From: Leptogorgia sarmentosa
Lineage: Eukaryota
NCBI GenBank assembly: GCA_964658305.1
Contig: OZ210885.1
Location: 18,972,001-19,036,000, forward strand
Length of the DNA stretch: 64,000 bases
Direction: 5' to 3'
Of the stretch, positions 1-12,300 are shown one piece after another (positions within the stretch are counted from its first letter, which is position 1; every line of letters starts with the position of its first letter). Under the pieces are notes generated by a model. The model searched no databases. It saw only the letters and a list, made by a program, of their open reading frames with translations, and was not told where the DNA came from. A program made the position numbers and the translations under genes.

Positions 1-1989
1 ATGGCTTCGACATCACAGGAAAACGCAATCGGGAACTGCCGAAACCTCAATAGGACGCCAAGTAGACAATTTATCTGGTCGGAGCCTTGCAGCAGGTGTT
101 GATTCAATGATTCGCCGCGATAACTGGCGCTGCAGTCGAATACGACGCGAAGCTTCTTAGGCTTCTGAGGGTGATAAACCCCGTGATGTGGGATGTACCA
201 TGTGTGGTTGACTTCGTTCTTCGACCCAACATCGGGAACTGGTTCCGCATGACCCTTTTCTAGGAGCTCGTTCATGAATGAGGTGTATTGTTCATGATAA
301 CGTTTGTCTTTCTGCAATCGGCTTCTAAGTCTGTTCAGGCGACTCAGTGCAGATAATCTGTTGTTTGGCAGTTCTGGTGTAGCATTTCGAAAGGGTAATG
401 GCATCTCGTAGTGACCATTAAGAGCCTCGTGTATCCCGTTTTGTAGCTGTTCCATGAACTTCATATCATCCTGGGAGACTGGGTTATCGCCTTCGCTTCG
501 TTCTGAGAAATCTAATTCCATCATGCGTCTCACTTCCTGAGGGTTAATGACTTCCTTGGCAGTCGTGGTCGTGCGAAAGGTGCACGTCCTGGCGGGATCT
601 CGAGCAGCAGTTACTGGTAGAGTTACGATTCTATGCACAACAGATCTCTTGTCATCGGTGTCAGGCTCGTTGGTGTTTACGGATCCAATTATTCCCCATC
701 CCAACTCAGTTTGCTGGGCGTAGGGTTCGTTGCCTTGACCTGGTACAACTCTTCGAGGTACTATCGCACGTGGACAGTTCGCACCAATTAATAGTCCGAC
801 CTCGATATCGTTGTCGTACGGTGCTAATTCGGCCGCGATCGTTGTCAGATGATTCCATTCCATTGCCATCTCGGGACGTGGGATCTGAAATCTTCGCACT
901 GGAATATCCGGGCACGAAAATGCTTGCGGCAGAGGTATCTGAGTGCTGCGATTGAAGTCGCTAACCACGAGGCCATTGATCTTGGTAGTTTGGACAACTT
1001 CATTTGCGGCGTGCATGGTCGAAAGAGAAATTTGTGTCACATGCCCCTTGATCCCCAGTTCTTCGAGAATGTCCTGTGAAACAAACGTGGCGTCAGATTG
1101 TTCGTCGAGTACAGCGTAGACAGGTATGGCTTCGGCTTCCTCATTACCGCGGTACAGCCAAACGGGAACAATCATCGAGCTAACGGCACCGTTGCATTTA
1201 GTGCTGGTAGATTTGCAAACGACCTCCTTCGGTTCCTCCGAAGATTTTGTTTCAGAGGGTTTGTTATTCTTGCGCACGTTCTTCGTGTCTCCATGCAGTG
1301 ATGTAGGGTGGGCCTTGTTGCAGCTAGCACATCTTTTCCGATTCTTGCATTCTCTGGATACATGTCCCTTTCCCAGGCATCCAAAGCACAAAGAGTTCAG
1401 TTTCGCAAACTCTTTCCTTGCCGGGACGTCCATGCTCATGTAAGTTTTGCACGACTCTAGTTCGTGAACCTCTTCGCACATAGCGCACACGGGGATCGCA
1501 GATTTGCTTGATCCGGTACTCTTGTCGACATTCGTTGCCATCGATCTAACAAATTCCTTGCCACTAGATCGTTGAAACGCATTTCGGGGTTTTCCAAAGT
1601 CTCTTGACTTTCGATACGCTTTCGGGTCGTCGTCCACAGGTGCCTTGCGCTGGGCAAGGTTGGTTGGATCGCACGCGATGTCTGCCTCCACAACGACGTA
1701 TCGGACGAACTCGGAAAATGGAGGATATTGTTTCTTCTCATTCTTCCATTTGTACACTGTCCTCGCCCATCTGGTGACAGCCCATTTCGGTAGCTTGAAA
1801 GACATCTTGTAGATCTCTTGATCATCGTTGAGAGCCTTTAAGCTGTCGACGGTGCTCATGGCCCTTTCGCATTGCACCAGGAAATCCGCATATGTTCGCA
1901 ATCCCAGGCTATCCTGCGCGGGAATCGGAGGCCACGTTTCTAACTTCTTGCGAAACGCTGAGGCAACTGCAAACGGGTCACCGAAACGT

Positions 1990-3264
1990 TTACGTAGCAT
2001 TTCCTTTGCCTTCGTCCATCAGCAGAAATCCATCTATTATGTGCTTAGCTTCACCACCTACGTATCGTCCCAAAAAGTGTAACTTTTCGGTCGCACTAAT
2101 CACGCGTGTCTCAATTAATGTCTCGAAGGCCTTGAGCCAAATCGGAAACTTTAAGGGGTCGCCACTAAATACTTCGGGTTGTGGAAGTGGCAATCGATTT
2201 TGGGTTTGACTTTCTACAAGCTTATTCAACGCATCAACGTGAGCCTGTATTATGTTTAGGTCCTCTCGGTTGTGTGTGGCGCTACTTGTTTGGGTGTCTG
2301 TCGCAGTGTTATCGTTTGCAGCCGGTGGTGCATATTGGCAAGCGTTGGCGTTTAGCGTGGAGACATGCGGTGTATTGGCTGGCGTCTCTACAACTGATGC
2401 GGATGTTGTACGTTGATTGCATCCACTGTGGTCAAGCGTTTCCGGTTCTCTTGGTTCCTGCAGGTCTCGCGCTGACTGGGACTGGAAGTAGCGTTCGATG
2501 CGATCGGTTCCAGTATCATCGCAGGGGATCTCATCGATCGTCTTGAAAGCTTCCTCATCTTCCTCATATCTGGCGCATACTTCTATTCGAGCTTCGGTTT
2601 CGGCGAGTTCCTCTCTAATCTTAAACCTTTCGTTCGAAGTGAGTATCTGCTCCTTGACCTTCTGCTCTTCCCTTCGAGTTTCTTGTATTTTGTGCTCAAT
2701 TTGTTCTAGGAGCAGCTGATTTTCCTTATCGACGTTTTCTCTCTCACAGGCAATGCGTATCTTGGCCTTCAGAACAGCAGCGTCCTCTTCCAATTGTTGT
2801 CTTCTTTGTCTGCTCGATGACGTAGTGCTGGCTCTTGAAGCACCAGACAGGCGGCTTTGACCGGATTTAGAAGACGAGTGACTTCGGTTGGATCTTCGAG
2901 ATTTGACTGACTGATTGTCTCCTGCATCCGATTTTAAGTCTCTGATTGCCTGATGAGCGTGTTGTAAAATGTTGCTGTTTTCTTTACTAATGTCCTCAAA
3001 TTTCCCGAACAGAGTAAATTTCTCAACAGAAGACTCGAGTGAATTTTCAAACTCTTCGTATGCTGTTGTTAGCTCTTTCATGCAATTTTCAAGATCGCAG
3101 CATTCGTTTTGCAGAGATGCGATATCCGTACAATTTACCAATTTACCTTGCGCGTGATTGGCCTGTTTTCTCCATGTCTTGATTTTATTATGAAAAATGT
3201 CTTGAAGATCAATTTTCCCAGAATGCTCGCTCGTTTCGAGAAATTCGGCGGTATTTTCTGCCAT
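1990..3264 (-). pseudogene. BEL/Pao gag N-terminal ORF (coiled-coil plus DUF1759-like capsid region); frameshifts into the rest of gag-pol
   Basis: 424-aa ORF with S/R-rich and coiled-coil segments, ending in the PEVFSGDPLKFPIWLKAFETLI motif typical of BEL gag. Confidence 0.85.
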
Positions 3265-3420
3265 TTTCGACGTTTTCCGACGTATTTTCGAAGTGCCGCC
3301 GACGTCGTTCCGGTCGTGATCCGATTACGTGCTCATTCCAGATGGCGACCGCAAATACACGACGTTCAGCGTACGTTTTTAACTTTGCCCGACTCGTCAA
3401 TCGCAGTGGAAATCGTTTAC

Positions 3421-3780
3421 TGTAACTCCCGCACACTTCGCACCAGGGACTCTTGGAGTTTTTCGTTCTAACTGACACCCAGCACAACACAAATTCACCG
3501 CAGGAAACGCAAGTTCAACTTTATGAATATGTATTATGACTGATCGATGTGACGTAAACTAAAAGTGATACAATCTCAATATAATAACAACAACAAATAG
3601 GACTCAAAGTCAAATGTTAGCCTACCGATTTTTCCCAATATAGTCCCCAGACGCACTAGTACAAATAACAGTATAGTTCAGATTAATGTTCGCTACCGAC
3701 GCTACGCACAACTCGTGTCAACTCGTGTCCGCCAGAAAACTGGCACTAATTTTATAGCCGCTGTGCCAAGGGCACTTACA
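3421..3780 (-). repeat. Putative 5' LTR of the first BEL element (360 bp)
   Basis: Bounded by tgtaa...ttaca (TG..CA with short inverted ends), immediately upstream of gag. The partner LTR is outside the window. Confidence 0.7.
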
Positions 3781-5470
3781 GATGTCATTAAAAACTACTG
3801 GTCTAGAGTATTAAAGGCACAGTGTTTTATTGAAATCACATGATTTTTTTAGATTCAAAACAACAAATTGTTTTCTGACATATTCCTTGCAGTTTGTTGA
3901 AATACAATGTATACACCACTTAAATTAGCTGTAGATTACTTCAGATCATTACGCGATGCAGCACAGTTGATACTCTCTTCATCATCACCACTCTCATTGT
4001 CTTCAGCTGCTTCTTCTTGAACATTCCAGTCTAGGTCATTATCCATTTCAGAGGAATCCTCAACCGATATATCACTTGCACTGTCTGATGGGCAGTCGAT
4101 TTCAGCATCACTTAATTCAGGTGTGCTGTCGCTGTCTGATCCTGATGCTGATGCTGTACCGTCTGTTGAGGATGTTTGAATTAAGTCAGTCAGTTGCTTG
4201 ACAAAAAAAGAAACAGTATAATTTGAAAAAGGAGTGGACAGTTGAGTGGCATCTGTACTTTTCTATTTCTAGTCTATAGACAATTGTTTACCTTCTGCAT
4301 TTGTTTATTCATGTTTCTTAGTTTCCGAACTTCTACTTGCAAAATATACTGTCTTTTCTTCAATTTCCTGTGAGCATCTTAGGCTTGTTTTAATCTATGT
4401 GAATACTGGTCGCATTTATCGAATTTCTCCTCTGAGAATTGCTCATCTTCTGGTGCATTGTTGTCACAGGCCTGTTTCGTAGAAGCATTTTCTTGTGGGA
4501 ATATGTCAATATTGTTATCATGGATGGCATCTTCCAAATCTACTGTCCGTATGGAGCAAGATTCTTGTTTCTCAGCAGCACAGATAGTCTATGATGAAAA
4601 CCACAAAGAACAAAATGAAAGGACACGATAGATGCCCGCAAAAAATTCAATATAACGATAGCTAATTTTTTTCCAATACGGCGATGTAAATGTAGTGTAC
4701 AGTAGTCGTACTTACTATTCTTTGTTTCCGCGATGAAATCCGAACATCGTTGTCCACAAGACCTGCACAGTCAATAGTAGGAACTGCATCTTTGGTTAAC
4801 CACCTCCTTGACTTAAAACTGGAAACATTTTTCGTCTCTGCCAAATTTAAATCCGGCCTGTGCTCGAAGCAAGATGGTTGGAAATGTGTCGAACAAAGTA
4901 CCAATGTCGCTGAAGGTTGCCATTTCGATCTATGTCGCTGTACAAACCGTGTCCATTGGTCTCTGCGAGCTTGGTTTTTCGGAAAAGTATGCATTGAAAT
5001 GCCTTCAGTTTTTGAGCTGTTGTTACAGCTAACATTTTGTGGACCTCCTGCGACGCAGAATTTACCTGAAACTCTCTTTTTTGTTTGTTTTTGTGTGCTA
5101 GGTTCACGCTCCATTGCTCATGCACAAAGGGCCGAATTATGAATACACAACCAGTGATGTCACATGCCTGTTTTGACCGCGTACAAAATGGCGGACATTT
5201 CGGCCAGGCATAGCCAACTTTAATTGCTGAATGCTGCAGCTCAAGCGAAACGATTCGTAAAAACAAAAATATGACGATGTAAGAAAGAGGCAGAACAACA
5301 TGGAAAAAGGAAAAAATCTAACCAAAAAATTTCGTTTCATAAGCACTTTAATAATGATGGTTTATTGTGCAACAAGGAACATCACCTCTCAGCAAAAGCT
5401 GAGTGTTATGCACATTTTACATTTCAGAAATCACAAGGAAAACTCATTGTTTTTGAACATTAACCATCCT
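3781..5470 (-). mobile_element. 5' end of a Kolobok-like DNA transposon carrying a THAP exon, interrupted by the BEL element
   Basis: THAP exon at 4662-5114, downstream acidic exons and a degraded E.K.FVVFES-like motif near 3850. The element ends ...catcct|TTAA at 5470/5471-5474, matching Kolobok RR..YY termini and TTAA target. Confidence 0.55.
4662..5114 (-). pseudogene. THAP zinc-finger exon (transposase N-terminus)
   Basis: C2CH THAP signature: FCVAGG..SCNN...MHTFP...W...LCSTHF...LTKDAVPTI. Confidence 0.85.
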
Positions 5471-5609
5471 TTAATTTATTTTAATTTACTTTAATTTACT
5501 TTAAATTTCTCAACCTGAACTTGCAAGTTTAAAATATCAATGGATTGTATAATTAGTATAAATGCATAATAACCTTGTAATGCATAACCTTCATGTTAGT
5601 CATAGATTA

Positions 5610-6190
5610 ACTATTATTATTATTTATTTCAAATAATTCAAGAGTTTTGATTGGTCAAGAGCAGTGCAATAAATCCTCATATACGACATTATGACGTAAT
5701 TATGTCGTATATTGAAAATTATATGACATTATGACGTCGACTAATTTATTCTGCATATCCCAAAAGCAGGAAAATTGTGGAAAATACAAATGGCTTCCTC
5801 AAAGGAAAGGTTCTTGCATATGTGTATATTGAGTTGAAATAAATTTGTTTGATTTAATTTTTGTTTAGCTATGTTGAATTGCTCTGACTGCGACCTTGAA
5901 AATGTACAACAGCTATAAGAACATTTCTCTTGTAGTCTGATTGGCTTATTCAGTCTTGCGAACACTATATTATTGTTCTATTTCCAGTACCTTGCAATTG
6001 CGTGTTTTTGCAAGCGCTATATACAAATAAATAATAAAAAAATTATTGAATTCGGTCCTCGTAGGATATGGCAATTATTCAGGCCTCGGTTTGTGTTATC
6101 TGCCTCAGCCTTCGGCTTCGGCAGATAACACAAACCTCAGCCTGAATAATTCCTCATATCCTACTCGGCCTCATTCAATAATTGTTTAAT
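5610..6190. mobile_element. Non-autonomous element with a long terminal imperfect hairpin (6041-6183)
   Basis: ~143-bp fold-back centred on agcc-TTC-ggct (6107-6117). TGATTGG motif near the other end. Outer boundaries approximate. Confidence 0.6.
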
Positions 6191-6434
6191 ATTACTTCAA
6201 TTATGTTTTATATAATACTAATGGTTGTATGAAGGTCAGATTTTGAGTTTTTTCCAGTTCACACTGTATGAATATTGAGAAATATGAAATGGTATGAAAG
6301 AGATATTATGAAGCTCAAATCTTTAATAGCTGGTCTGGTAGTTGCTCAAAAAATTGTCCACTATTTGTGATTAGCTGATTTTCATACAACCATCACTATT
6401 TTTAACAAGTTGAAGCTTAGTTGAAGCTAAGCTC

Positions 6435-7976
6435 TTGTTAGGTGCGGAGGAAGACAGAGTTTATGCAGGTCAAGGTTTGGTTGCAGATGAACTGTCTGTC
6501 GAACGAGGGGTGAATTATCTACTGCAGGTTGCAAATGGATTGACTGCTAAGGAGAGATTAGATGGAGTGTTTCAGTTGCTTGCCTGGACAAGGGAAAATA
6601 TTGTTGATGGTGGAGCTTTGTTTACACCCTGTTTGTTATGCAGCAATCTCCAGTCTTCATCATTGCATTTCTCTGCAAACTATGGAATAATTATATATGC
6701 CTAAATACATTGTTCTTACTAGTTTCTCATTCTTTATAGGTAGCGTTTGATCACTTCTATAACACTGGTGCTCCAAATGATAAATGCACAATGTTTGCAG
6801 ACCGGAACCTTGTGAATAGAAGAAATGTTGTGGAGGATGTAAAAAAAAAGTTCAGTGCGTGTCAAGAGTTTTTCCTGATGGCCCTTGAGACAAGAGTTGT
6901 GGCAGCAACTCTCAAAGTCCTTGGTCTTGATTCTATAGATGGAGAACCAGATGAAGTATCAATGCCTTTGTCTTTATGGACTCATCTACAGTTGCGAAGA
7001 AAACATTTCTAAATAGTCTGTCTGATTTTACAGTCTTTGAATGCAGAAGTATTTGCATGTCTCACCAGATTGTCAGGAGGCTGGCTTTTCCACTGGGTTG
7101 AAGTCTATCATTGCCCATGCATTTAGAAAACATTCCTAAATAGTCTGTCTTTAGATGTGGCCGACAAGTATGTTTTGCACCAGGAGCAGATGGACAGGAT
7201 TATTGCTGGTGCTGAAAAAGAGAAGCAAGCTGATGTTGGCATTCTAGAAGAAATCCTTCGCGCATGACGGCAAGCGTAGGGAGGCACATGAGAAAACCCA
7301 TGGAAACCCTCTGACGACATGTACAATTACCAACTACCACTACTTGAGTATGGAATGTTGTACAAAAACTTCTGTGACGCTGTATCTGAAGGTGATGGGG
7401 GACGCTCAGTCCGTTGTTGCAAATATTTCCTAATGATAATGAAAAAAGATGGTTCATGCAGCCGAAAGTATGCACTAGAAAGCTTAAATTTGCTGTGTCA
7501 AATTTACGCTATACTTTCCCCTAAGAGATGCTCATTGATTGGTATGGAATCGGTCGGTGAAGGCAAAGTATGGTGCTGCAGCTAACATTCCACTTGACCT
7601 GGCACTGGAGCATTATAATCGGGTGCTCAAAGAAGTAATTAAAAAATGGGACCAAATGCTTCCGAAGAAAAAGCGGTAAAAAGATTTTGCAAGGCAATTC
7701 CAACAAACAAGCAATTAATGGACAATTTTGACTATACCAGTAAAGTTCTACGACGATCTGGAAAACATGTTAAAACAATAGCATCAAATGATTTTAACAA
7801 GATTGTCAAGGAACTTATGAAATTTGATGCCTTTACACAGAATACACAACGCAAGCTTATGAAGTTCCACAACTGTGGGCCAAGTGTATTGACAAATTTT
7901 GATTTGCATTCCATGTTCAAATGGATAAATTAATGAACACAGAAGTTCTATTTATCTGCATAAGACAGCACGTTAA
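6435..7976 (+). pseudogene. AcademH (DUF6589-like) transposase, C-terminal part, disrupted
   Basis: Motifs ADELSVER..ANG.T..ERLDG, NRRNV, YNYQ..LLEYGMLY.NF.DAVSEGDG.R, RKYALE, WNRSV, NIPLDLALEHYN across several frames. Confidence 0.75.
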
Positions 7977-8091
7977 TCTTGGTGAAAAGCAAATAACATT
8001 TTACCTGAATTACATTATTGTTGATTTTCCTTGTAAATAATGCATGCACATTTCATTAGGTTATAATATACAACATAAAACAAATGTTAGG

Positions 8092-9132
8092 TTATTTGCT
8101 GGTGTCCATAGCTTCCATGTGGATATTGCATGAAGCTTCCATTGCAAATGCACTCAATATGCCACTTGTATTAACATGTTCGTCATCAGACTGATCAATC
8201 ACATTCATAGCCATATCAATGTCCAACAGATTAATAGTGTCATTAAGTGATATATTTACACTTGAGTCATCACGAACAGATGCCCAATCTGAACCAATAG
8301 TGGTGTCTAAATCATCCATGTCGTCCAAATGGTCAAAATTAAGGTCAACTGAGTCTATGTCATTAAAAATTTCTGAAAGAACAGTTAATATCTGCTGAGC
8401 ATATTCTGATCTCCAGATTTCTACACAATTGCATACATCTACTATTGAAAATAAGTGTGTGCAGTCTTCCAACACCTGAGAAATATGGAAAACATTAAAT
8501 TCAAAATGAACATTTGGAAACAAGACAGGCTTTTTACAGTTATGCCTTATTTTGTGCACATATTCCAACAATTTTGATTTGAGTAGTTCTTTTTGTTGTC
8601 CAGTAACCACTCTTGACTTGGTAAAAGTGTGTTGACTACATTCTTCATAAATAGTGAGGGGAAATTTCAATGCACAATCACCAACAATTCCACTGCATTT
8701 ACACCCACTTGCACAAGTATCACAACATTCGCATCCACTTTTATTTAATTTACTCGAACTGGAAAATTGCTTCAACAGTTGTTGCCTTCGACATTTGTCT
8801 CCAGCAATGTACTCACACATGTCAGAAGAACAGTTACTAGACAAGAATCCATTGTGGAGCAAAATACAAATGCTGTCTTCCCCATCACGACCAGCTCTTC
8901 CACATTCCTGCATATATGATTCAATATTTAAGGAAGGCACAAAATAAATCACACGATGAACTCCCTTACAATTCACTCCCATTCCAAATGCCACAGTGCA
9001 TATTAGGATCCTGATATGACCATCGTGTTGTAAAATATTTTCAAGGATCAGACTCTTTGTTGAATCAGGGGTACCAGCATGGAACATTTGTACTAAATAA
9101 TTACTCTGTGATTCTCTGCCATATGCATAAAA
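8092..9132 (-). pseudogene. RecQ-like SF2 helicase, C-terminal part (HelicC, Cys-rich Zn region, acidic tail)
   Basis: MFHAGT...ILICTVAFGMGVN...YMQECGRAGRDG...CRRQQLL...CECCDTC. Confidence 0.9.
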
Positions 9133-9137
9133 GTGTC

Positions 9138-9358
9138 TGTAAGATTTTAGGCTAAATTCTAAGAGACTCTTATCGTTGATTCACTTCTGTTTCTTTCCAC
9201 TGGTTCCGAATCTGCTCTATTCACTAGGATCACACAGGATTCATAACAAAATTGTAATATAAAAACGAAAGTACAATATTTAACAACAACAACCCTCATT
9301 CCTATTCCATGTGCTCTAGCGTTACGTCATGACGTGCTTTATTACGTCATGTCTTACA
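9138..9358 (-). repeat. 3' LTR of the second BEL element
   Basis: tgtaaga...tcttaca; matches 14833-15053 with two substitutions seen by eye. Confidence 0.97.
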
Positions 9359-12300
9359 CTCCCCACATTCACCAGTACACGCAATGAACTGGTTAACAAA
9401 TAAAACTCAAACCTTTACCAAACTTTACATAAACTTAATGTCCTCGTTGTAATACGTCTCTAAATTGTCAAAGTTTACTTAGCTAACTTGAAGCTCCTCA
9501 ATCCATCTTCTTCGTTGCTCTTCTCCATGTTTGGCCGCTGCACGTTTCGGTCGTTCGGTTGGTGCTTCGCAGCTTCTCTTTCGTCATTCGCATCTTCGTT
9601 GTCTTTCAAAGCAGACTTGATTTCTAATGGATACAACAGTTGTACGGGTCTCCTTATGATCGTTGAGCGTCTTCCCCTTTTGGCGACTCTAACGGCTGCT
9701 CCTCTCGCGTTTCCATCTGTTCCGATTACCAACTGCTCGACTCTTCCTAATCTCCAAAGTCCCCTTGGTTGACACTCGTCATGCACTACCACCACGTCGC
9801 CCGTGTCGATAAAGCTTCCTCCACTAGCCCCTTTTGTACGATGAGAATTACGCAGTTCCAGTAAATACTCGTCTCGCCAACGAGTCCAGAACTGATTCAT
9901 CACTGTGCGCAGATGTTTCATTCGTCAGGTCAATTCGGCTTCATTCAGTGAAAATTCGGGATCTAATGTATCGCTACTCATGCTCCCCTCGGGTAAGCTT
10001 AGTAGTCGTCGACCTGTTAGTAGGTGGGAAGGAGTGAGTGGTTCTTCTAAGTCTTCACTGGATACGTATGATAGTGGTCAGGAATTTAGGATCATTTCTA
10101 CCTCCACTACAACCGTGAACAGTTCTTCGTAGGTAAGGTGGGCTACTCCGATCGTCTTCTTTAAACATCTCTTGGTAGACTTGACAAGTCACTCGAAAAA
10201 GCCGCCCCACCAAGGCGCCTTTGCTAAGTTAAACGACCATGAAATCTTCATGTTACTAAAGAAATGCTTTACGTTGGGATGGCTCATGATTGCCTTAATT
10301 TCACACGCTCCAGATTTAAACGTTCCACCATTATCTGACACGACCGTAGCTGGGATTCCTCTTCTTGCCGTAAATCTCTGGAAACTTCTCATAAACCCCT
10401 CGGTAGATAGGTTTGGCACCACATCCAAATGAACAGCTCTGACGACACAACATGTGTACAGACAAATCCAAACCTTTTGGCTCTTATCGTTCATTCTCAC
10501 AAAAATGGGACCAAGGAAGTCTACTCCTGTGGCAGTGAAGGGTGGTGCTTCCTTTATTCGAAATTCTGGTAAAGGAGGTGCTGTTGGAGGTTGATAAGGT
10601 TTGCCTTCATATCGTTGACAGATAGAACATCTCCCGATTAGCGCTCGCACGAATTGCCTCCCGCGGACAATCCAGTATTCTGCTCTTATCTGCGTCAAAG
10701 TCTCTTTGACTCCGTTATGCATCACTCTTTGGTGGCTATCGTGGACTATCAAGGTTGCTAGATGATGCTCTTTGTCCACAAGAATGGGATGCTTTGTCGA
10801 AAGAGGTAGATTCGCCTTCTCCAGTCTGCCTCCACATCTCCAGATGCCTTTCTCATCAGGGTAAAGACCAAATTGAAACTTCCATTGGCTGAATGCTTTC
10901 TTATCGGGTAAACGCTGTTGCATTTCCTTTATCCATAGGTCTCTGCTTTCTTGGATTTCTCCTGCTGTTAAATCGGGTTCTGGCGCTTTGTCAGATTTCG
11001 TGATTTCGTCAGCTTCCTTGATTTTCACCTTTAGCTTCTGACTGAAGCACCGGACATAGGCTGTGACACGTAAAAGTCTAGTGAGGGCTCCAAAGTCTTC
11101 GATGTTCATAATCTCGCCTACACCTTGGGGTGTTACGGGTACTGCCAGGGTTAAAGCTCTTGGTCTGGTACTTCGGCTTTCAAGAAGGCATTCCTCCGGC
11201 GGTATAGGGTCCTCCTTCGGTTGTGCGGGGTATCCCTTTGCATCAGTTAACCATTCGGGGCCGTGTCTCCACATTTCGCTGCCTTCTAGCTCGGTAGGTT
11301 TAATACCTCTGGAGGGAATATCGGGGGGATTATCTCGGCCTGGGCAATGTCTCCAGGTAGTGGCGGTTGTGAGGCTTCGTATCTCATTGACCCGATTCTG
11401 AACAAATTGTTTCCAATCCTTGCCATTGGTGGTGATCCAGAAGAGGGCTACCTTCGAATCAGTCCAACAGACGGGCTCGTCTAACTTGATTTCCTGCTGC
11501 AAAGTGTTCTGAACGTTGGTCAATAGCCTCGACAGAATCAAGTGCGATAAAAGCTCCATCCGAGGAATCGTTAAGGCCTCGTCATTTGTTGAAGTTCTGT
11601 GATCAATTTATTCCATTTTATCTTCAGGTCGTGTGGGATCGCCTTGTCCCAGGCGGCCTTCCGTTCACACAGCCTTTGAAATAACATCTTGAACTGCACC
11701 GTTATGGGCGACATAAACCCAACCGGATCATAAAACTTTGCCAAAAGACGCACAACATTTCTCTTCGTCGGTTCGGATTTAGTGGCTAGTTCGGCCAAGA
11801 TCAAATATGAGCTTATCTTCGATGAAGTTCCAGGTGACACCAAGAACCTTGTGTTCCTCGTTAGAGGATTCGTTAAATGTTCCGAGCATGGTATTTGAAT
11901 ATGTTTCGTCCTCTTCATCAATGACATCGATCGCTTGCTGACCTCCTTGACGTACCGAATCTGGCTTACCGTGGTGAAATTTTGCTCGTGCTCAATAGTT
12001 TTCCTCAGTTCAGGCGAATTGGTCACAAACTTTTGCAGATTGAATCCACCCTCAGCTAGTCTTAGTCTCGCCTTCCTGTACAGATTGTAAACGGACGTGT
12101 CGTCGTTTCCACCCGTGTTTAGATCATCCACATAAATGGCATGATTGAAAGCCTCTACGAAGTCTGGGTCTTCAGTGCGATACTGTTCGATATGATGATT
12201 GATGGTGGCGTTCAGCAAAAACGGGCTTGATGACACTCCGAACATCACTCGTGCAAACCTGAGAATTATAACCTTTGGTTTGTCATCGAATACATTGTCA

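Larger units (their letters stand above)
1..3780 (-). mobile_element. BEL/Pao LTR retrotransposon, 5' portion (runs off the left edge), degraded
   Basis: Minus-strand gag (LPLPQPEVFSGDPLKFPIW...KLHFLGRYVGGEAK), CCHC knuckles (CFGCLGKGH, CASCNKAHPTSLH), aspartic protease (YAVLDEQSDATFV) and the start of a Pao-type RT (WYIPHHGVYHP..KLRVVFDCSA) near 1-220. Several frameshifts. LTR at 3421-3780. Confidence 0.9.

Noticed and set aside
8092..9087. Host RecQ/WRN/BLM gene
   Set aside because: It faces a DUF6589-like transposase, lacks recognisable winged-helix/HRDC regions and is disrupted by insertions, which fits AcademH.
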